A program made the translations under genes and the position numbers. DNA of 64,000 nt, from positions 1,728-65,727 of the IMG/VR virus record IMGVR_UViG_3300044633_000115. One strand, given 5' to 3'. The notes beneath the pieces are model-generated. The model searched no databases, was not told where the DNA came from, and was given only the letters and a program-made list of their open reading frames with translations. The stretch comes from a virus (taxonomy: Duplodnaviria; Caudoviricetes). This document shows, one piece after another, positions 47,702 through 57,326 of this stretch. The stretch's first letter is position 1; each line of letters starts with the position of its first letter.

Positions 47702-48379
47702 TTATTTCCTTCCACAGTGAGCGCACTCGCTCACCCAGCAGTAATTCTTGCATAAACCATTGGGTTTTGCATTCCAAACGCCCGAACTATAGGCGCCTTC
47801 TAGCATGGTGATGGTGGGCATCCAGTTGCCCCAGTAGCGGTGCTGTTGTTGGGCTTCGTAAACAGATGGCACAAACTTGCCCTCAGTCAGAAACAACAAC
47901 CCACCCTTGACCTTGGTCACCTTGGGAAACATCTTGAACACAGCCAACGCCATGAGTTCCAACTGACCAACGTCAGCGTAACGGCTCTTGCCAAGTTTGT
48001 AGTCCACGACTCGCGCTTCGCCCCTCTCCTCGTCCACGATAAGCAAGTCGGCTACGCCACGAAACCAGCAGTCGGGTGAGAAGAAGTCGCACGGCTCTAA
48101 CGCTTCGGTCAAAGCCATTTTGATTTCGCAATACTTGGTGCCAGAGATACGCTTCAAAGACTCAAGCGGTTCTTGCATAAAGTCAAACTTTGGGGGTATG
48201 GGTACATCGTCACGGATATACAACTCAGCGGCTGTATGTGCTTCCTTGCCATACATGGCGGCTTCGCCCTCTGGCTCTTTCACATCCTTGATTACCTTGG
48301 TGTGGTAATACTTCTTTGGACAGGTTGTAAAAGTTTTCAGACTAGAAAACGACCATGCTGGAATCTTATTAGCAATCAC
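47702..48379 (-). CDS. Cas4/RecB-like PD-(D/E)xK exonuclease
   Basis: WSFSSL..F..CP..Y, G...H, GVADL, VVDYK.GK, QL..A, C..YC....C (Fe-S); probable GTG start at 48379. Confidence 0.85.
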   Translation of the reverse strand: MIANKIPAWSFSSLKTFTTCPKKYYHTKVIKDVKEPEGEAAMYGKEAHTAAELYIRDDVPIPPKFDFMQEPLESLKRISGTKYCEIKMALTEALEPCDFFSPDCWFRGVADLLIVDEERGEARVVDYKLGKSRYADVGQLELMALAVFKMFPKVTKVKGGLLFLTEGKFVPSVYEAQQQHRYWGNWMPTITMLEGAYSSGVWNAKPNGLCKNYCWVSECAHCGRK

Positions 48380-50273
48380 CGTATGACATCCCCATCCCGC
48401 TCTCGCAGTTGACTGGTAACCCTTCGGCCCATGATGGTGTCCAACGCATGCAGGATTCCACATAGGCTCGTGCCTCATCTGCTTCTTCTTGCCGAGCGAC
48501 AATACCGATAGCATCGTGTACTGTAAGTACAACCTTGTACCGCTTGGCAATTCGTAACATTTGTTCGCCAATGATACACCGAGCGATTGCCTGTGTGAAG
48601 TTCTCTACGACCTTTCCACCATAAATTTTATTGGTGCCCTTGCGGGTGGTGTACTGGAATTGGCGTTTACCCTCACCATCCACAACCTCGACTAGCCCGC
48701 TATAGAACACATACAACCCGTTGGGTAAGCGGATGCGCCCACCACTCGGACCAGCGTCTACAGTCAGCAAGCCGTTGCGACCCAAGTTCATCGTCTGCCC
48801 ACGCGCCATGCATCTCAGGGCTTCTTGGGATTCGCGCCAAAGTTGCGGTATCTTGGGGTACGTCTGGCGGTAAGTATCAATAATACGTTTCGCCTCATCG
48901 CCGTCAATCTCCGTGCCAAGTGTTTTGAGTTGTAGTTGAAACTTCGGGCCACCCATGCCGTACCCCGCGCCGAGAATCGTTGTCTTACCAACGAACCGCT
49001 CGTCTTTGCTAATCTTATCAACCGACTGGTTGTAGATAACAGATGCCATGATTTTGTATACGTCCTCGCCATTTGCAAACGCCTCCACTAAATCGTCTTG
49101 CTCGGATTCCCACGCCAAGGTGCGGGCTTCAATTTGTGATGAGTCAGCATCGATAAACACGTAACCCTCTGGGGCAAGAATGGCTTGCTTGAGTTTGGGT
49201 GGTGGTTCGTCTTGCTTTTGACGGGGTAAGTTCTGTAGGTTCACAGAATCCGTACCACCCCATCGCCCTGTGTGGGCGGCGTAGTACTTCAACGGTACTG
49301 GGAATAACCCTCGCTTGCCGATGTCGATGAATCGTTGGGTGCGAGTCTCTTCAATCGTTGACTTAGTACCCAGCCTAGCCGCAACCAACGCTTGCACCCG
49401 TTTGTCTTCATGCTCTAGCAAATCTTGTAGGGCAGCATCTGTCTTGGCAAATGCAAATGTCTCTTTGCCTGTGGTCATGCTTATCTTGACGGGGGGTGAC
49501 ACGCCTATGGACTCAAGCATCTTGGCAAACTTGGGGTTGCTCATTAACGTCTTGCGTACTTCTGCCTTTACCTCTTCGTCACCCAGTATGTGTTTGACGG
49601 CTAAGTCTTTGTGGCCTACGGCTTGCAGGGCGTTGACCAAGTGGTTGGTCTTTTGCCCGACAGTCTCAGCAAGGTGTTGCTCTAACAGCACGCTATCAAG
49701 GCGCAGTACTGGGTCGATGAACATGCGTAGCGTCAGGTCAATCAGCTTTAGTTCTGACTTGGGAAACTTGCCCATCATTTTGTTAAAGATGTCGTAGGTT
49801 AACTGCACATCGTTCTTGCAGTACTCGCCGTACTGGTCGAGTTCACGCGGGGTGAACTGCACCAAGCGTTTGCCCTTGGCATCGTCCACCTCGGTGCCCT
49901 TATGCCCCACGCCATATTGAACGGCAATGTTCTTGAGAGATACGCTTTGTTCTACGCCATGCAAGGCACGCGCCATCGACTGCGTGTCGAGCCAGCCCAT
50001 AGGTTTGATGCCGTACCGCCATGACAAGATAGCCCCATCGAACATGGTGTTGTGTGCCAGTACAAGTGAGTCTGCCCAAGGCAGTCGGTCAAGGGCTGTG
50101 GTTACCCGCAGTTCACCACCTGACACCCACACAGGTGGGGCGTCATCTACCTTGTAAGAAAAACCAATCGTCTGAAACAAGCCAGCCCGCACATACTCTT
50201 CGGTACTTATCTTGCTAAGGCTGTAGTCTTGGTCGTAGTAAGTTTCAAAATCTATTGTGATTAGGTGAGTCAT
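48369..50273 (-). CDS. polA: DNA polymerase, family A (3'-5' exo plus polymerase)
   Basis: IDFETY, AHN..FD, YC..DV, TGR, NLQN, D.SQIEAR, R..GK...LG..YG, VHD. Confidence 0.93.
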   Translation of the reverse strand: MTHLITIDFETYYDQDYSLSKISTEEYVRAGLFQTIGFSYKVDDAPPVWVSGGELRVTTALDRLPWADSLVLAHNTMFDGAILSWRYGIKPMGWLDTQSMARALHGVEQSVSLKNIAVQYGVGHKGTEVDDAKGKRLVQFTPRELDQYGEYCKNDVQLTYDIFNKMMGKFPKSELKLIDLTLRMFIDPVLRLDSVLLEQHLAETVGQKTNHLVNALQAVGHKDLAVKHILGDEEVKAEVRKTLMSNPKFAKMLESIGVSPPVKISMTTGKETFAFAKTDAALQDLLEHEDKRVQALVAARLGTKSTIEETRTQRFIDIGKRGLFPVPLKYYAAHTGRWGGTDSVNLQNLPRQKQDEPPPKLKQAILAPEGYVFIDADSSQIEARTLAWESEQDDLVEAFANGEDVYKIMASVIYNQSVDKISKDERFVGKTTILGAGYGMGGPKFQLQLKTLGTEIDGDEAKRIIDTYRQTYPKIPQLWRESQEALRCMARGQTMNLGRNGLLTVDAGPSGGRIRLPNGLYVFYSGLVEVVDGEGKRQFQYTTRKGTNKIYGGKVVENFTQAIARCIIGEQMLRIAKRYKVVLTVHDAIGIVARQEEADEARAYVESCMRWTPSWAEGLPVNCESGMGMSYGDC

Positions 50274-50739
50274 TTACTGTCTGTCCTTTTTCGTATTCTT
50301 CGTTTGCCCACGGGTTGGTGGTAGTGGCGCTAACTATTCCACCATTACCTACTTGTGCTTGTGTAAACAACGCTGGGTCTGCCCACCCTGTTGAGTAGCG
50401 GTCTTTGGCTTTGTATATAAGGTTTTTCGCGCCTATTGCTGTTCCTAGCATCTGTTTCTCAGCGGTTACATCTGAACCAGAAAGGATTTGGTGCAACATA
50501 TGTTTGTGCATATCTTTAAGGTAGATGTGTCGGTACGCTTCAACTAGCGCATCGATTTCTTCTTTGGGTAGTGCCCAGAGCGACCGCGCAAAATTTTCTG
50601 TGGGATTGCGTGCAACATCTTGCAAGTTTTCAATCAGAGTACCCCATCTAGACCTTGGACTGTGGTGCATGAACTCTTCTGGGTTTGAAGCCATGCGGTC
50701 TAGCACTAAGTTGGTGTAGTCACTAAAGTTTTTGGGCAT
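50245..50739 (-). CDS. Hypothetical protein
   Basis: 164-aa ORF overlapping both neighbours, SD GAGG. Confidence 0.65.
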   Translation of the reverse strand: MPKNFSDYTNLVLDRMASNPEEFMHHSPRSRWGTLIENLQDVARNPTENFARSLWALPKEEIDALVEAYRHIYLKDMHKHMLHQILSGSDVTAEKQMLGTAIGAKNLIYKAKDRYSTGWADPALFTQAQVGNGGIVSATTTNPWANEEYEKGQTVNDSPNHNRF

Positions 50740-51037
50740 ATAAGTCCTCTATCTTCATCAGCCATTCTTTCAACTGGCCTACGTTTGTTTCGTTGATGAC
50801 CCACGCTGTGCCGTGTGCCTTGCGTATCTTGGCAATCTCGCGCTCTTGCAAGACTGTCGTTACACCCTTACCCGCTTTGCACTCGATGGCTATGAAGTGC
50901 CCATCAAGACAGCAGATGATGTCGGGTATGCCTTGTCTGCCGTAGCCGTTGGCGGGCGGGCAGAAGTAATAGACACCATGCTCATCGAGTATGGTGCGTA
51001 CCGCGTGCTTGACCTTAACTTCAGGCGTCTGGGCCAT
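50723..51037 (-). CDS. VRR-NUC / Holliday-junction-resolvase-like nuclease
   Basis: TPE.KVK, G.GR.GIPDII, AIECKAG, LQ. Confidence 0.85.
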   Translation of the reverse strand: MAQTPEVKVKHAVRTILDEHGVYYFCPPANGYGRQGIPDIICCLDGHFIAIECKAGKGVTTVLQEREIAKIRKAHGTAWVINETNVGQLKEWLMKIEDLYAQKL

Positions 51038-51305
51038 AGCCAACCTCTGCTAGTTTGTGCATGTAATGCTTGGCCTTACCAGCATCGTCACTACCATCTT
51101 TGCGACCAGCACGCATGCTGTACTTGATGATGTTGCCTTTTAGAAAGCCACGGAATTCTTCTGGTTTCAGCACCGCTTCCATTACAGCCCAAGGTTGCAC
51201 GGGCATATTTTTGTAGTGGTTGCCGCTTACCTGTAGGTCATCAGCACGCGTGCCGTTGAACTGTTGGTCAATCAGGGTTTCGGGGAACATTTCAAGTTGT
51301 TTCAT
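51021..51305 (-). CDS. DUF3310 (SaV-like) protein
   Basis: G.HYK, GF..GN.IKY..RAG.K...D..KA.HY. Confidence 0.8.
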   Translation of the reverse strand: MKQLEMFPETLIDQQFNGTRADDLQVSGNHYKNMPVQPWAVMEAVLKPEEFRGFLKGNIIKYSMRAGRKDGSDDAGKAKHYMHKLAEVGYGPDA

Positions 51306-51307
51306 AG

Positions 51308-51535
51308 TTATCTCCAAAATCGGTTGAGGTTATCGGTTGTAAAAGTTTTTTGGTATTCTGTTTGTTTGGGTTCTGTCAGTCGTTTTTTACTTGGCAAAGC
51401 ACCCGCGAATACTTCTTCTTTGGTTTTGAAATTACAGAAACAAAGTTTGCAATACCTTCTGCGGTAAGTGAACTCTTCGTTCTGTATCGTTTCGACAATA
51501 GCTATCTTGTCGCCCTCGCACTTGGGGCATTTCAT
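51308..51535 (-). CDS. Zn-ribbon protein (resembles NrdR N-terminus)
   Basis: MKCPKC...V.ET....RRR.C..C...FKT.E. Confidence 0.75.
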   Translation of the reverse strand: MKCPKCEGDKIAIVETIQNEEFTYRRRYCKLCFCNFKTKEEVFAGALPSKKRLTEPKQTEYQKTFTTDNLNRFWR

Positions 51536-51699
51536 TCCTCTCTCGCTTTTAGCATTGCGTCTGCCAACGCGTATGAGTCCAAGGCAATAACATCTGCGGG
51601 TACGTCTTGGTAATCTTCTCGACTGTTCATTGACTGCATAGCCTGTGCCGCAAAGTAATCACGCAAGGTAATTGCGGAAATCATTTCGTGGTCTTTCAT
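51532..51699 (-). CDS. Small phage protein (missing from ORF track)
   Basis: TLRDYFAAQAM...SYALADAMLKAR, 55 aa, SD GGAGG. Confidence 0.75.
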   Translation of the reverse strand: MKDHEMISAITLRDYFAAQAMQSMNSREDYQDVPADVIALDSYALADAMLKAREE

Positions 51700-51801
51700 C
51701 TAGTCCTCCGAACTCAACATAAAAATTGCCACGGCAACCGTCACTACCACCACTCCACCAAGGCACATCAATAAGACTACCCATGCAATAGTTTCAAGCA
51801 T
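51700..51801 (-). CDS. 33-aa single-TM peptide (missing from ORF track)
   Basis: MLETIAWVVLLMCLGGVVVVTVAVAIFMLSSED; SD AGGAG; fills the gap exactly. Confidence 0.6.
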   Translation of the reverse strand: MLETIAWVVLLMCLGGVVVVTVAVAIFMLSSED

Positions 51802-52009
51802 CTTTGTCTCCTAGTTCTTTAAGCCTTTCTTCGAGGCGACGTATACGCTGGCGGTTGTACTCGACAACGCTCGTTGCGTACTCAAGTGACTTCTCTGCTT
51901 GCATCTTCGATAGGAATGCGTCACGCATCTCAATGTCAATGAGTTCTTGCATCGTGCGTGGGCGTAACATATCTTTGATAAAAGTTACTATGGTTTCTCG
52001 TTTAGTCAT
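51794..52009 (-). CDS. Small coiled-coil hypothetical protein
   Basis: 71 aa, packed in operon, SD GGAG. Confidence 0.65.
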   Translation of the reverse strand: MTKRETIVTFIKDMLRPRTMQELIDIEMRDAFLSKMQAEKSLEYATSVVEYNRQRIRRLEERLKELGDKDA

Positions 52010-52166
52010 CGTTGTTCTCCATGTCTTTAAGCATTTGACTCAAAGCCATCATCTGCTTGCTTTTTTCCATACGTTGCGCATGGAGCACATCCATTGCTTC
52101 GCTCAGTGCTTTGGATGCCCCATACAGTTCAAGAATTTCGTCCTTGATTTCTTGCTTGGTTTTCAT
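52002..52166 (-). CDS. Small coiled-coil protein (missing from ORF track)
   Basis: MKTKQEIKDEILELYGAS...KDMENNDD, 54 aa; ATGA overlap with upstream gene. Confidence 0.6.
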   Translation of the reverse strand: MKTKQEIKDEILELYGASKALSEAMDVLHAQRMEKSKQMMALSQMLKDMENNDD

Positions 52167-52855
52167 GTGTTCTTCTCCTTGAGTTTGGCTTCAATGCCTC
52201 TGAAAAATTCACGCCAAAAACTATCGGTCGGGTCTGATGCTTCCATTTTTTCAGCGCAATCTGCAATCTCTTCATCAGTCAGCCCAACCCATGTGCGCTG
52301 TGGTGGGGTGGTGTAGAGAGGAATTGGTTTATATACACTTGATGGCTTCTTCCATCTAAAGTATTTGTGACCTGTTGCATTTTCACAAAGGTATGCAACG
52401 GGCGTAGACGTGGTTATAGAAATAGTGCCAGACTGTTTTGCTTCTGGTTGCTCTAATTCTTCGGCATAAACATCATCAAGCAATGCTTGCGCTACTGCTT
52501 GTCGTACCTTCATGGCATCCGTTATGTATCGCTCTGGCTGTGGTGGGGTAGGTGCTTCATCCCAAGCCGCCATGTAAACAGATGCGGCATGACCTGCATA
52601 TAGGCGCTCGTCATACCCTTCTGTTGAGCACTCATCCATTGCTTTAAGCATTGCATCGGTTGCATATCTTGGCATGAGTTTCCACGCCACAGGCTCTTGC
52701 TCTGGCTGTGCCAAGGCTTCTTTGATGGCGGTGATGGCTTCGCGGCATTGAACCACCTCATACAAGCCGCCCGAAATAGACGCATCCAGCACTTTTGGAG
52801 AATTATCTAAAACCCCCTCCAACGCCTCAAGCGCCAGTTCTAATGCTTGTCTCAT
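52163..52855 (-). CDS. Mosaic hypothetical protein (AQPEQEPVAW / YTTPPQRTWVGLTDEEI modules)
   Basis: Repeated PVA(W/Y) and TPPQ module boundaries. Confidence 0.7.
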   Translation of the reverse strand: MRQALELALEALEGVLDNSPKVLDASISGGLYEVVQCREAITAIKEALAQPEQEPVAWKLMPRYATDAMLKAMDECSTEGYDERLYAGHAASVYMAAWDEAPTPPQPERYITDAMKVRQAVAQALLDDVYAEELEQPEAKQSGTISITTSTPVAYLCENATGHKYFRWKKPSSVYKPIPLYTTPPQRTWVGLTDEEIADCAEKMEASDPTDSFWREFFRGIEAKLKEKNT

Positions 52856-53133
52856 TGCTTGCCCTCCAACTTAGCCAGTCGGTCACCCAACTCGCGTATA
52901 CATACCCTAGCAATAGCTAGTTCGTCCATGAGTTTTAGATAGTCATCTACAGAGATAGACATAAACTGCGCAGATTTTTCGCCATACGCATCTTTATACA
53001 AACCCAATCGTTCGTTCTCGTCATGCAGTGCTTGCAGTACAGCTTCTTTGCGTTGCTTGCTCTCGCGCTCTATGCGGTTAAACAGTTCACGCTCTTCGTC
53101 TGTTTCAATCATTAAGTTTTTAATTTTCCCCAT
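52852..53133 (-). CDS. Hypothetical coiled-coil protein
   Basis: 93 aa, SD AAGGAG. Confidence 0.65.
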   Translation of the reverse strand: MGKIKNLMIETDEERELFNRIERESKQRKEAVLQALHDENERLGLYKDAYGEKSAQFMSISVDDYLKLMDELAIARVCIRELGDRLAKLEGKQ

Positions 53134-53459
53134 GTCGCATACTCCTTGTTAAAGCCAAAGTTAATTAAATCTAGTGCAAAGTCTACCTTTAGTTTCTTTA
53201 GTTTCATTAAGTGTTTACTTGTTTCCGAGACGAGCCAGAACGCGCCGCCTACGCGGTGGCCTATGCTCTTAATCTCGCCCATTTTGTCTACCATACTTAG
53301 CAGTGCTACGTCTTTGCGTATCCAATCAGGCAGATGTTCGTCATCGAATAGGGCTTGTGGCCCGATGATTTCTTTTCTGTTGTCTAGATACGCGGTGACG
53401 CGCCACCGCCCATCACTCTCGTAGGTGACGCGGTAGATGTACTCAGAGTTACGTTTCAA
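53112..53459 (-). CDS. Hypothetical protein
   Basis: Probable TTG start after VWA gene; LPDWI...ALL...IG.R. Confidence 0.55.
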   Translation of the reverse strand: MKRNSEYIYRVTYESDGRWRVTAYLDNRKEIIGPQALFDDEHLPDWIRKDVALLSMVDKMGEIKSIGHRVGGAFWLVSETSKHLMKLKKLKVDFALDLINFGFNKEYATWGKLKT

Positions 53460-53469
53460 ATCTTTACCT

Positions 53470-54630
53470 TTACATATGAATAGTTTTGCCGTTGGAAGCA
53501 ACAGCATGTCGGTTGTCGGCGATACACCAGAGGATAGGCGCAGGCCAGTTGTTGCCCCAGTCATTGAATACCTCTCCATCTGTGAGCATGACGATACAGT
53601 CGGGCTTGATGTTGTGTTCATTCAAGTAGTCCGACAAACAAGAAGGTGCTGTACCACCACCGCCCTTGGGCTTGGTGCTTTCACGCAGTGAGGTCAGCGC
53701 CTGCTCGTCATAAGTTTCGTGTGCGGCTACAGTATGCCCCCAATAGATGACATCGACAAGTTCGGGTTTAACCGATTCGCAAATACCCTGTGCCTCACCA
53801 AGAAATGCAGCCAGTTCCCTGTTGCCAATAGAACCAGACGAATCAACACCCAACACAATACGGCGCACCCTGTCGCTATACGATGTAGGCAACGTCAAGT
53901 CTTGGCTTTGAAACCTGCGGTCGATACGGCGATACGATGTGTAGTCGTCCCCGATGATTGAGTTGGTCGCAAACTCACGCATAGCATCACGCCAATCTAC
54001 CTTGGGCTCGAGCATCTCCATCAGACCCCTGTCTACATTCGCACCCGCCTTGCTTGCAAGGATGCCACCCTGACGCAACGCTTGGTCGATAGTGTTAGAC
54101 AACTCATCTACTTCTTCTTGGGTCATAGACTCGCCTGATTCCCAGTCATGCTCATCGAAGCCTCGCCCACCGCCTTGTGGCTTGCCGTTGGGGTATTGCT
54201 TGTTAAGTAGACGGAACACCTCGCCCGCATCCATGTCACGGTACTGCTCGTCAATGCACCCACCATCGGGTAGTTTCACAAAACCATCTCGTATGTATCT
54301 ATCGTTGATGGGTATGTTGATGACGAAGTCGCACGCCATGTTAGCTAGTTGGGGGTTCTGTTTGTACATCCACCGCCATGTATGCATATGCTTATAGGCG
54401 CAGTGCATCTTCTCGTGCAGTACAAGCCCCATAAGTTCTGCATCAGTTAGTTTGCTGATGAATTGCAAGCCGTACTCGGTATTGACACCATCTGTACGCG
54501 CTGTCATTGTGGGGTCGTCCACTACTGTAGATTTCCCATACATGATGATGCAAGCAATCATCATGTAGTCAGGGTCGCGGATAAGCGACACATGCGCCCG
54601 CTCAAGGCGCTGTTGTGGTGATAGGTTCAT
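53470..54630 (-). CDS. Metallopeptidase plus VWA domain protein (DUF2201-like)
   Basis: TA.TDG, LHEKMH, N.A.D..IN; MIDAS VDSSGS, GGGT, LTDG. Confidence 0.88.
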   Translation of the reverse strand: MNLSPQQRLERAHVSLIRDPDYMMIACIIMYGKSTVVDDPTMTARTDGVNTEYGLQFISKLTDAELMGLVLHEKMHCAYKHMHTWRWMYKQNPQLANMACDFVINIPINDRYIRDGFVKLPDGGCIDEQYRDMDAGEVFRLLNKQYPNGKPQGGGRGFDEHDWESGESMTQEEVDELSNTIDQALRQGGILASKAGANVDRGLMEMLEPKVDWRDAMREFATNSIIGDDYTSYRRIDRRFQSQDLTLPTSYSDRVRRIVLGVDSSGSIGNRELAAFLGEAQGICESVKPELVDVIYWGHTVAAHETYDEQALTSLRESTKPKGGGGTAPSCLSDYLNEHNIKPDCIVMLTDGEVFNDWGNNWPAPILWCIADNRHAVASNGKTIHM

Positions 54631-54827
54631 GCTTGTCCCCTTACTACTTCAGCACAGCGACACTCGCATTGGTTATCCCCGATAACATCAAGAATACGCT
54701 TACGCTCGGCTTCTATCGCATGGTTTACTAGCCCCACTAGGTGCGGTGTTGATACCGTCCATGTTGTGAAGTTCTGGTTCTCTGCTACAACCTTGTGTAG
54801 CACTTGGATTATTTGGTCTTGTGTCAT
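54627..54827 (-). CDS. Small hypothetical protein between the AAA and VWA genes
   Basis: 66 aa, AIEAER...C.C. Confidence 0.55.
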   Translation of the reverse strand: MTQDQIIQVLHKVVAENQNFTTWTVSTPHLVGLVNHAIEAERKRILDVIGDNQCECRCAEVVRGQA

Positions 54828-54834
54828 ACACCCC

Positions 54835-55890
54835 TCACGCAAACAAGTATTGGTTAGCGATAGCGAAGTCGGTGAACTTGCTGTTCTCCATAGCGAAGTC
54901 TTTGTTGGGCTTCTTCACGATAGTTGTACAGAACAACGCTTGCATTTCCTTGGGCATGCGTGCCATGTAATCCATCCATGAGTCGAGCGTATCTTCTGTA
55001 ACCCAGTTCAACGCTTGGTGTGTAAGCATCATCTTGCCCGCGATTTCCTTGGGCATGGGTGCGCTATCGGGACCCGCAATAATCTCGGCACGGCGGGGTA
55101 ATGAGTCACCCATCTGTATCCACGCTTGCAAGTCCACAGTCGCAGGCGCACCGATAGTACCCATCAACGCGTTCTCTAACGCACGCTTGGTAAACATACC
55201 GCGCTTGTTCACAATCTTGCTAGCCTGTGCCAATGAGCGATGTGTAACGAACGCGCTACGCTGTGCCTTGGGGTGGTAAATCAGCGGATTGTCATCGGGG
55301 TTGTCGTACATATCGAACGGGTGTAATGCTTCGGGACGCTCACCCACCCACATAATGATTTCGGGTGCGATGTCATTGAAGCGTGCCCATGTATCTACCC
55401 ACTCAGGTGCGGGCATCTTCTCTAGGTCGGTGAACGATACGCGGTTGCGGTGATGGCCTTGGAACACATCGCCCACATTCTCTGAACCCTTGTTGGTAGT
55501 ACCAAACACAATCGACTCAGGGTGTAGGTATCGGTTGCCCGCTCTACGCTCAACCAGTAGGGGCAGAGACGCATTCAGCGTGGGGCGTGGTGACTTGCCA
55601 ATCTCATCTAGCATGAGTAGCACAGGCACATCGTCATGTAAGCCAAACGATTCGTTGTAGTAGAACTCGGTTGTCTTGGTGTCGTGGTTAACTGCGGGTA
55701 TGCGGAAGTCACCCTCATGCATCACAGTCATATCCATGTACACCTTGCGATGGTTGGGGAAACGCTGATGTAGTGCATCTATTAAAGATGATTTGCCAGA
55801 ACCGATGTGGCCTTGCACGATACAGGTGACCTCGTGGCCTACTGCGCTAATCAGGTCAACTGTCTCTTGGTAGTTCATTGAAGTTTGCAT
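54835..55890 (-). CDS. MoxR-like AAA+ ATPase
   Basis: Walker A GHIGSGKS, Walker B LMLDEIGK, TTN, RNR, VTHRS. Confidence 0.88.
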   Translation of the reverse strand: MQTSMNYQETVDLISAVGHEVTCIVQGHIGSGKSSLIDALHQRFPNHRKVYMDMTVMHEGDFRIPAVNHDTKTTEFYYNESFGLHDDVPVLLMLDEIGKSPRPTLNASLPLLVERRAGNRYLHPESIVFGTTNKGSENVGDVFQGHHRNRVSFTDLEKMPAPEWVDTWARFNDIAPEIIMWVGERPEALHPFDMYDNPDDNPLIYHPKAQRSAFVTHRSLAQASKIVNKRGMFTKRALENALMGTIGAPATVDLQAWIQMGDSLPRRAEIIAGPDSAPMPKEIAGKMMLTHQALNWVTEDTLDSWMDYMARMPKEMQALFCTTIVKKPNKDFAMENSKFTDFAIANQYLFA

Positions 55891-55908
55891 ATTCACTTTC
55901 TTGGTTGG

Positions 55909-56775
55909 TTAAAGGGCTAAACTAAATTTGTCAGTCAGGTCGTCCATCTTTGTCTTGATAGAGTCCCGCATCTCAGGTGATTCACGTAACGACTTGATGT
56001 CTACATCCACTAAAGATATTTCAAGTGCCCTACGCGCTGCTTCTAAGTCAGGGTCGTCAAGCACATTCAATGATTGCAAGGTAGTGCATAGACCCAATGC
56101 GTTCTCAAGCATGGATGCATACAACTTCTGTGGCTTGCCATCTTCCTTGGGTAGCATCTTGGCGCGGATGTGTACCACCTCTTGATACAGGCGTTCCCAC
56201 GGGGCATTCATAGCTTCTTGCACTCGCGACTTTACAGACGCTTCGAACTTCTCTTTGAGTTGTACTGCCGCTTCTGCGGGTATGTCCACACGGAAATCAC
56301 CAGACTCAGGCACAGGGGTGAAGTGATACCTAAACCCGAACTTGCGGTGCATATCGTTTGCAGATGGATACTCTTTGGCATCGAACAACTTGCCCAACTT
56401 GAACGCTTGCGCGGCTACCTTGGTGCTGAAATTGTTGACGAATGTATCGACTAGCGCATTGAACTGTTGCTCACGCTGTGCCAACTCATGGCTTATGTCC
56501 ATGAATACCTTAGTAGGTACGAGACGCGTACCACTATCAGACCACGGCAGAGTTACGTTGTACAACCAAGTACGTGATACCCCTGCGAATGAATTGATAG
56601 CTTCCAAGTCTGTATCTTCAGCAAACAGATTCTTCTGCACCGATGTGGCTGAAGCCCGCGCACCCTTGGCTACGCTGACCTCGTTAGCCGTGGCTTTGTC
56701 TTGCTTACGGCCTGTGTATACGCTGATGTTTAAGTCTAGCAACATGGCGCTAGACGATATGCTTTTGTGTTTCAT
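55909..56775 (-). CDS. Helical protein associated with the AAA/VWA pair (DUF3150-like, tentative)
   Basis: TLPW...G.RL.P, YP....KF.F.....PVP..GDFR, LN...DP.L. Confidence 0.65.
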   Translation of the reverse strand: MKHKSISSSAMLLDLNISVYTGRKQDKATANEVSVAKGARASATSVQKNLFAEDTDLEAINSFAGVSRTWLYNVTLPWSDSGTRLVPTKVFMDISHELAQREQQFNALVDTFVNNFSTKVAAQAFKLGKLFDAKEYPSANDMHRKFGFRYHFTPVPESGDFRVDIPAEAAVQLKEKFEASVKSRVQEAMNAPWERLYQEVVHIRAKMLPKEDGKPQKLYASMLENALGLCTTLQSLNVLDDPDLEAARRALEISLVDVDIKSLRESPEMRDSIKTKMDDLTDKFSLAL

Positions 56776-57215
56776 GCTGTTTTCAACAACTCAACAGAGT
56801 CGTTGTCCTTGTTCATAAATATCTTATGGGCGTTGTTACCCCAATCGCTCGATGCCATGCTAGATATAGCACCCAGTATGGTTAACAACTCTACGCCCGC
56901 AGTAACCATCTCAGGTGTGCGGTGGAATACTTCGACGTCACCTACAACCATCTTTGTCATGGCTGGCCCATAAACCTTGCGGTATGTGCCGTATGGCATG
57001 AGTGACCTAGCCTTGCGTGGCTTCTCAGGTTTAGGCGGTATGAGTTGAATCAACTCACCGCCCTTGTTAATAGTCGTGCCATCAGATAGCACGATGATGT
57101 ATTGCGCCTTGCATGCATCGAGAAGTTTCGTTGCTTGTTCAACTGTCTTGCGTATAGCAAGGGGTATAGGTTGTGGTGTTGTGTTCATATCTCGTGTTAA
57201 AGGTTTGTGTTTCAT
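56772..57215 (-). CDS. Hypothetical early protein
   Basis: 147 aa, SD GGAG, downstream of a promoter. Confidence 0.65.
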   Translation of the reverse strand: MKHKPLTRDMNTTPQPIPLAIRKTVEQATKLLDACKAQYIIVLSDGTTINKGGELIQLIPPKPEKPRKARSLMPYGTYRKVYGPAMTKMVVGDVEVFHRTPEMVTAGVELLTILGAISSMASSDWGNNAHKIFMNKDNDSVELLKTA

Positions 57216-57248
57216 AGAAGTTTCTCCATTAGTTTGTTTACAGAGTTA

Positions 57249-57277
57249 AGTTTACATTCAAAAGATGGTTGTGTCAA
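57249..57277 (-). promoter_or_regulatory. sigma70-like promoter
   Basis: TTGACA (57277-57272)-17 bp-TAAACT (57254-57249). Confidence 0.75.
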
Positions 57278-57326
57278 ACATCTTTCAAGAGTTTGTCCAA
57301 TGATGTCCAACCAAGTGCATAGCGTG

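Noticed and set aside
48380-48571. N-terminal extension of the nuclease ORF (track start 48571)
   Set aside because: Overlaps the polymerase C-terminus; nuclease motifs begin only after about 48379.
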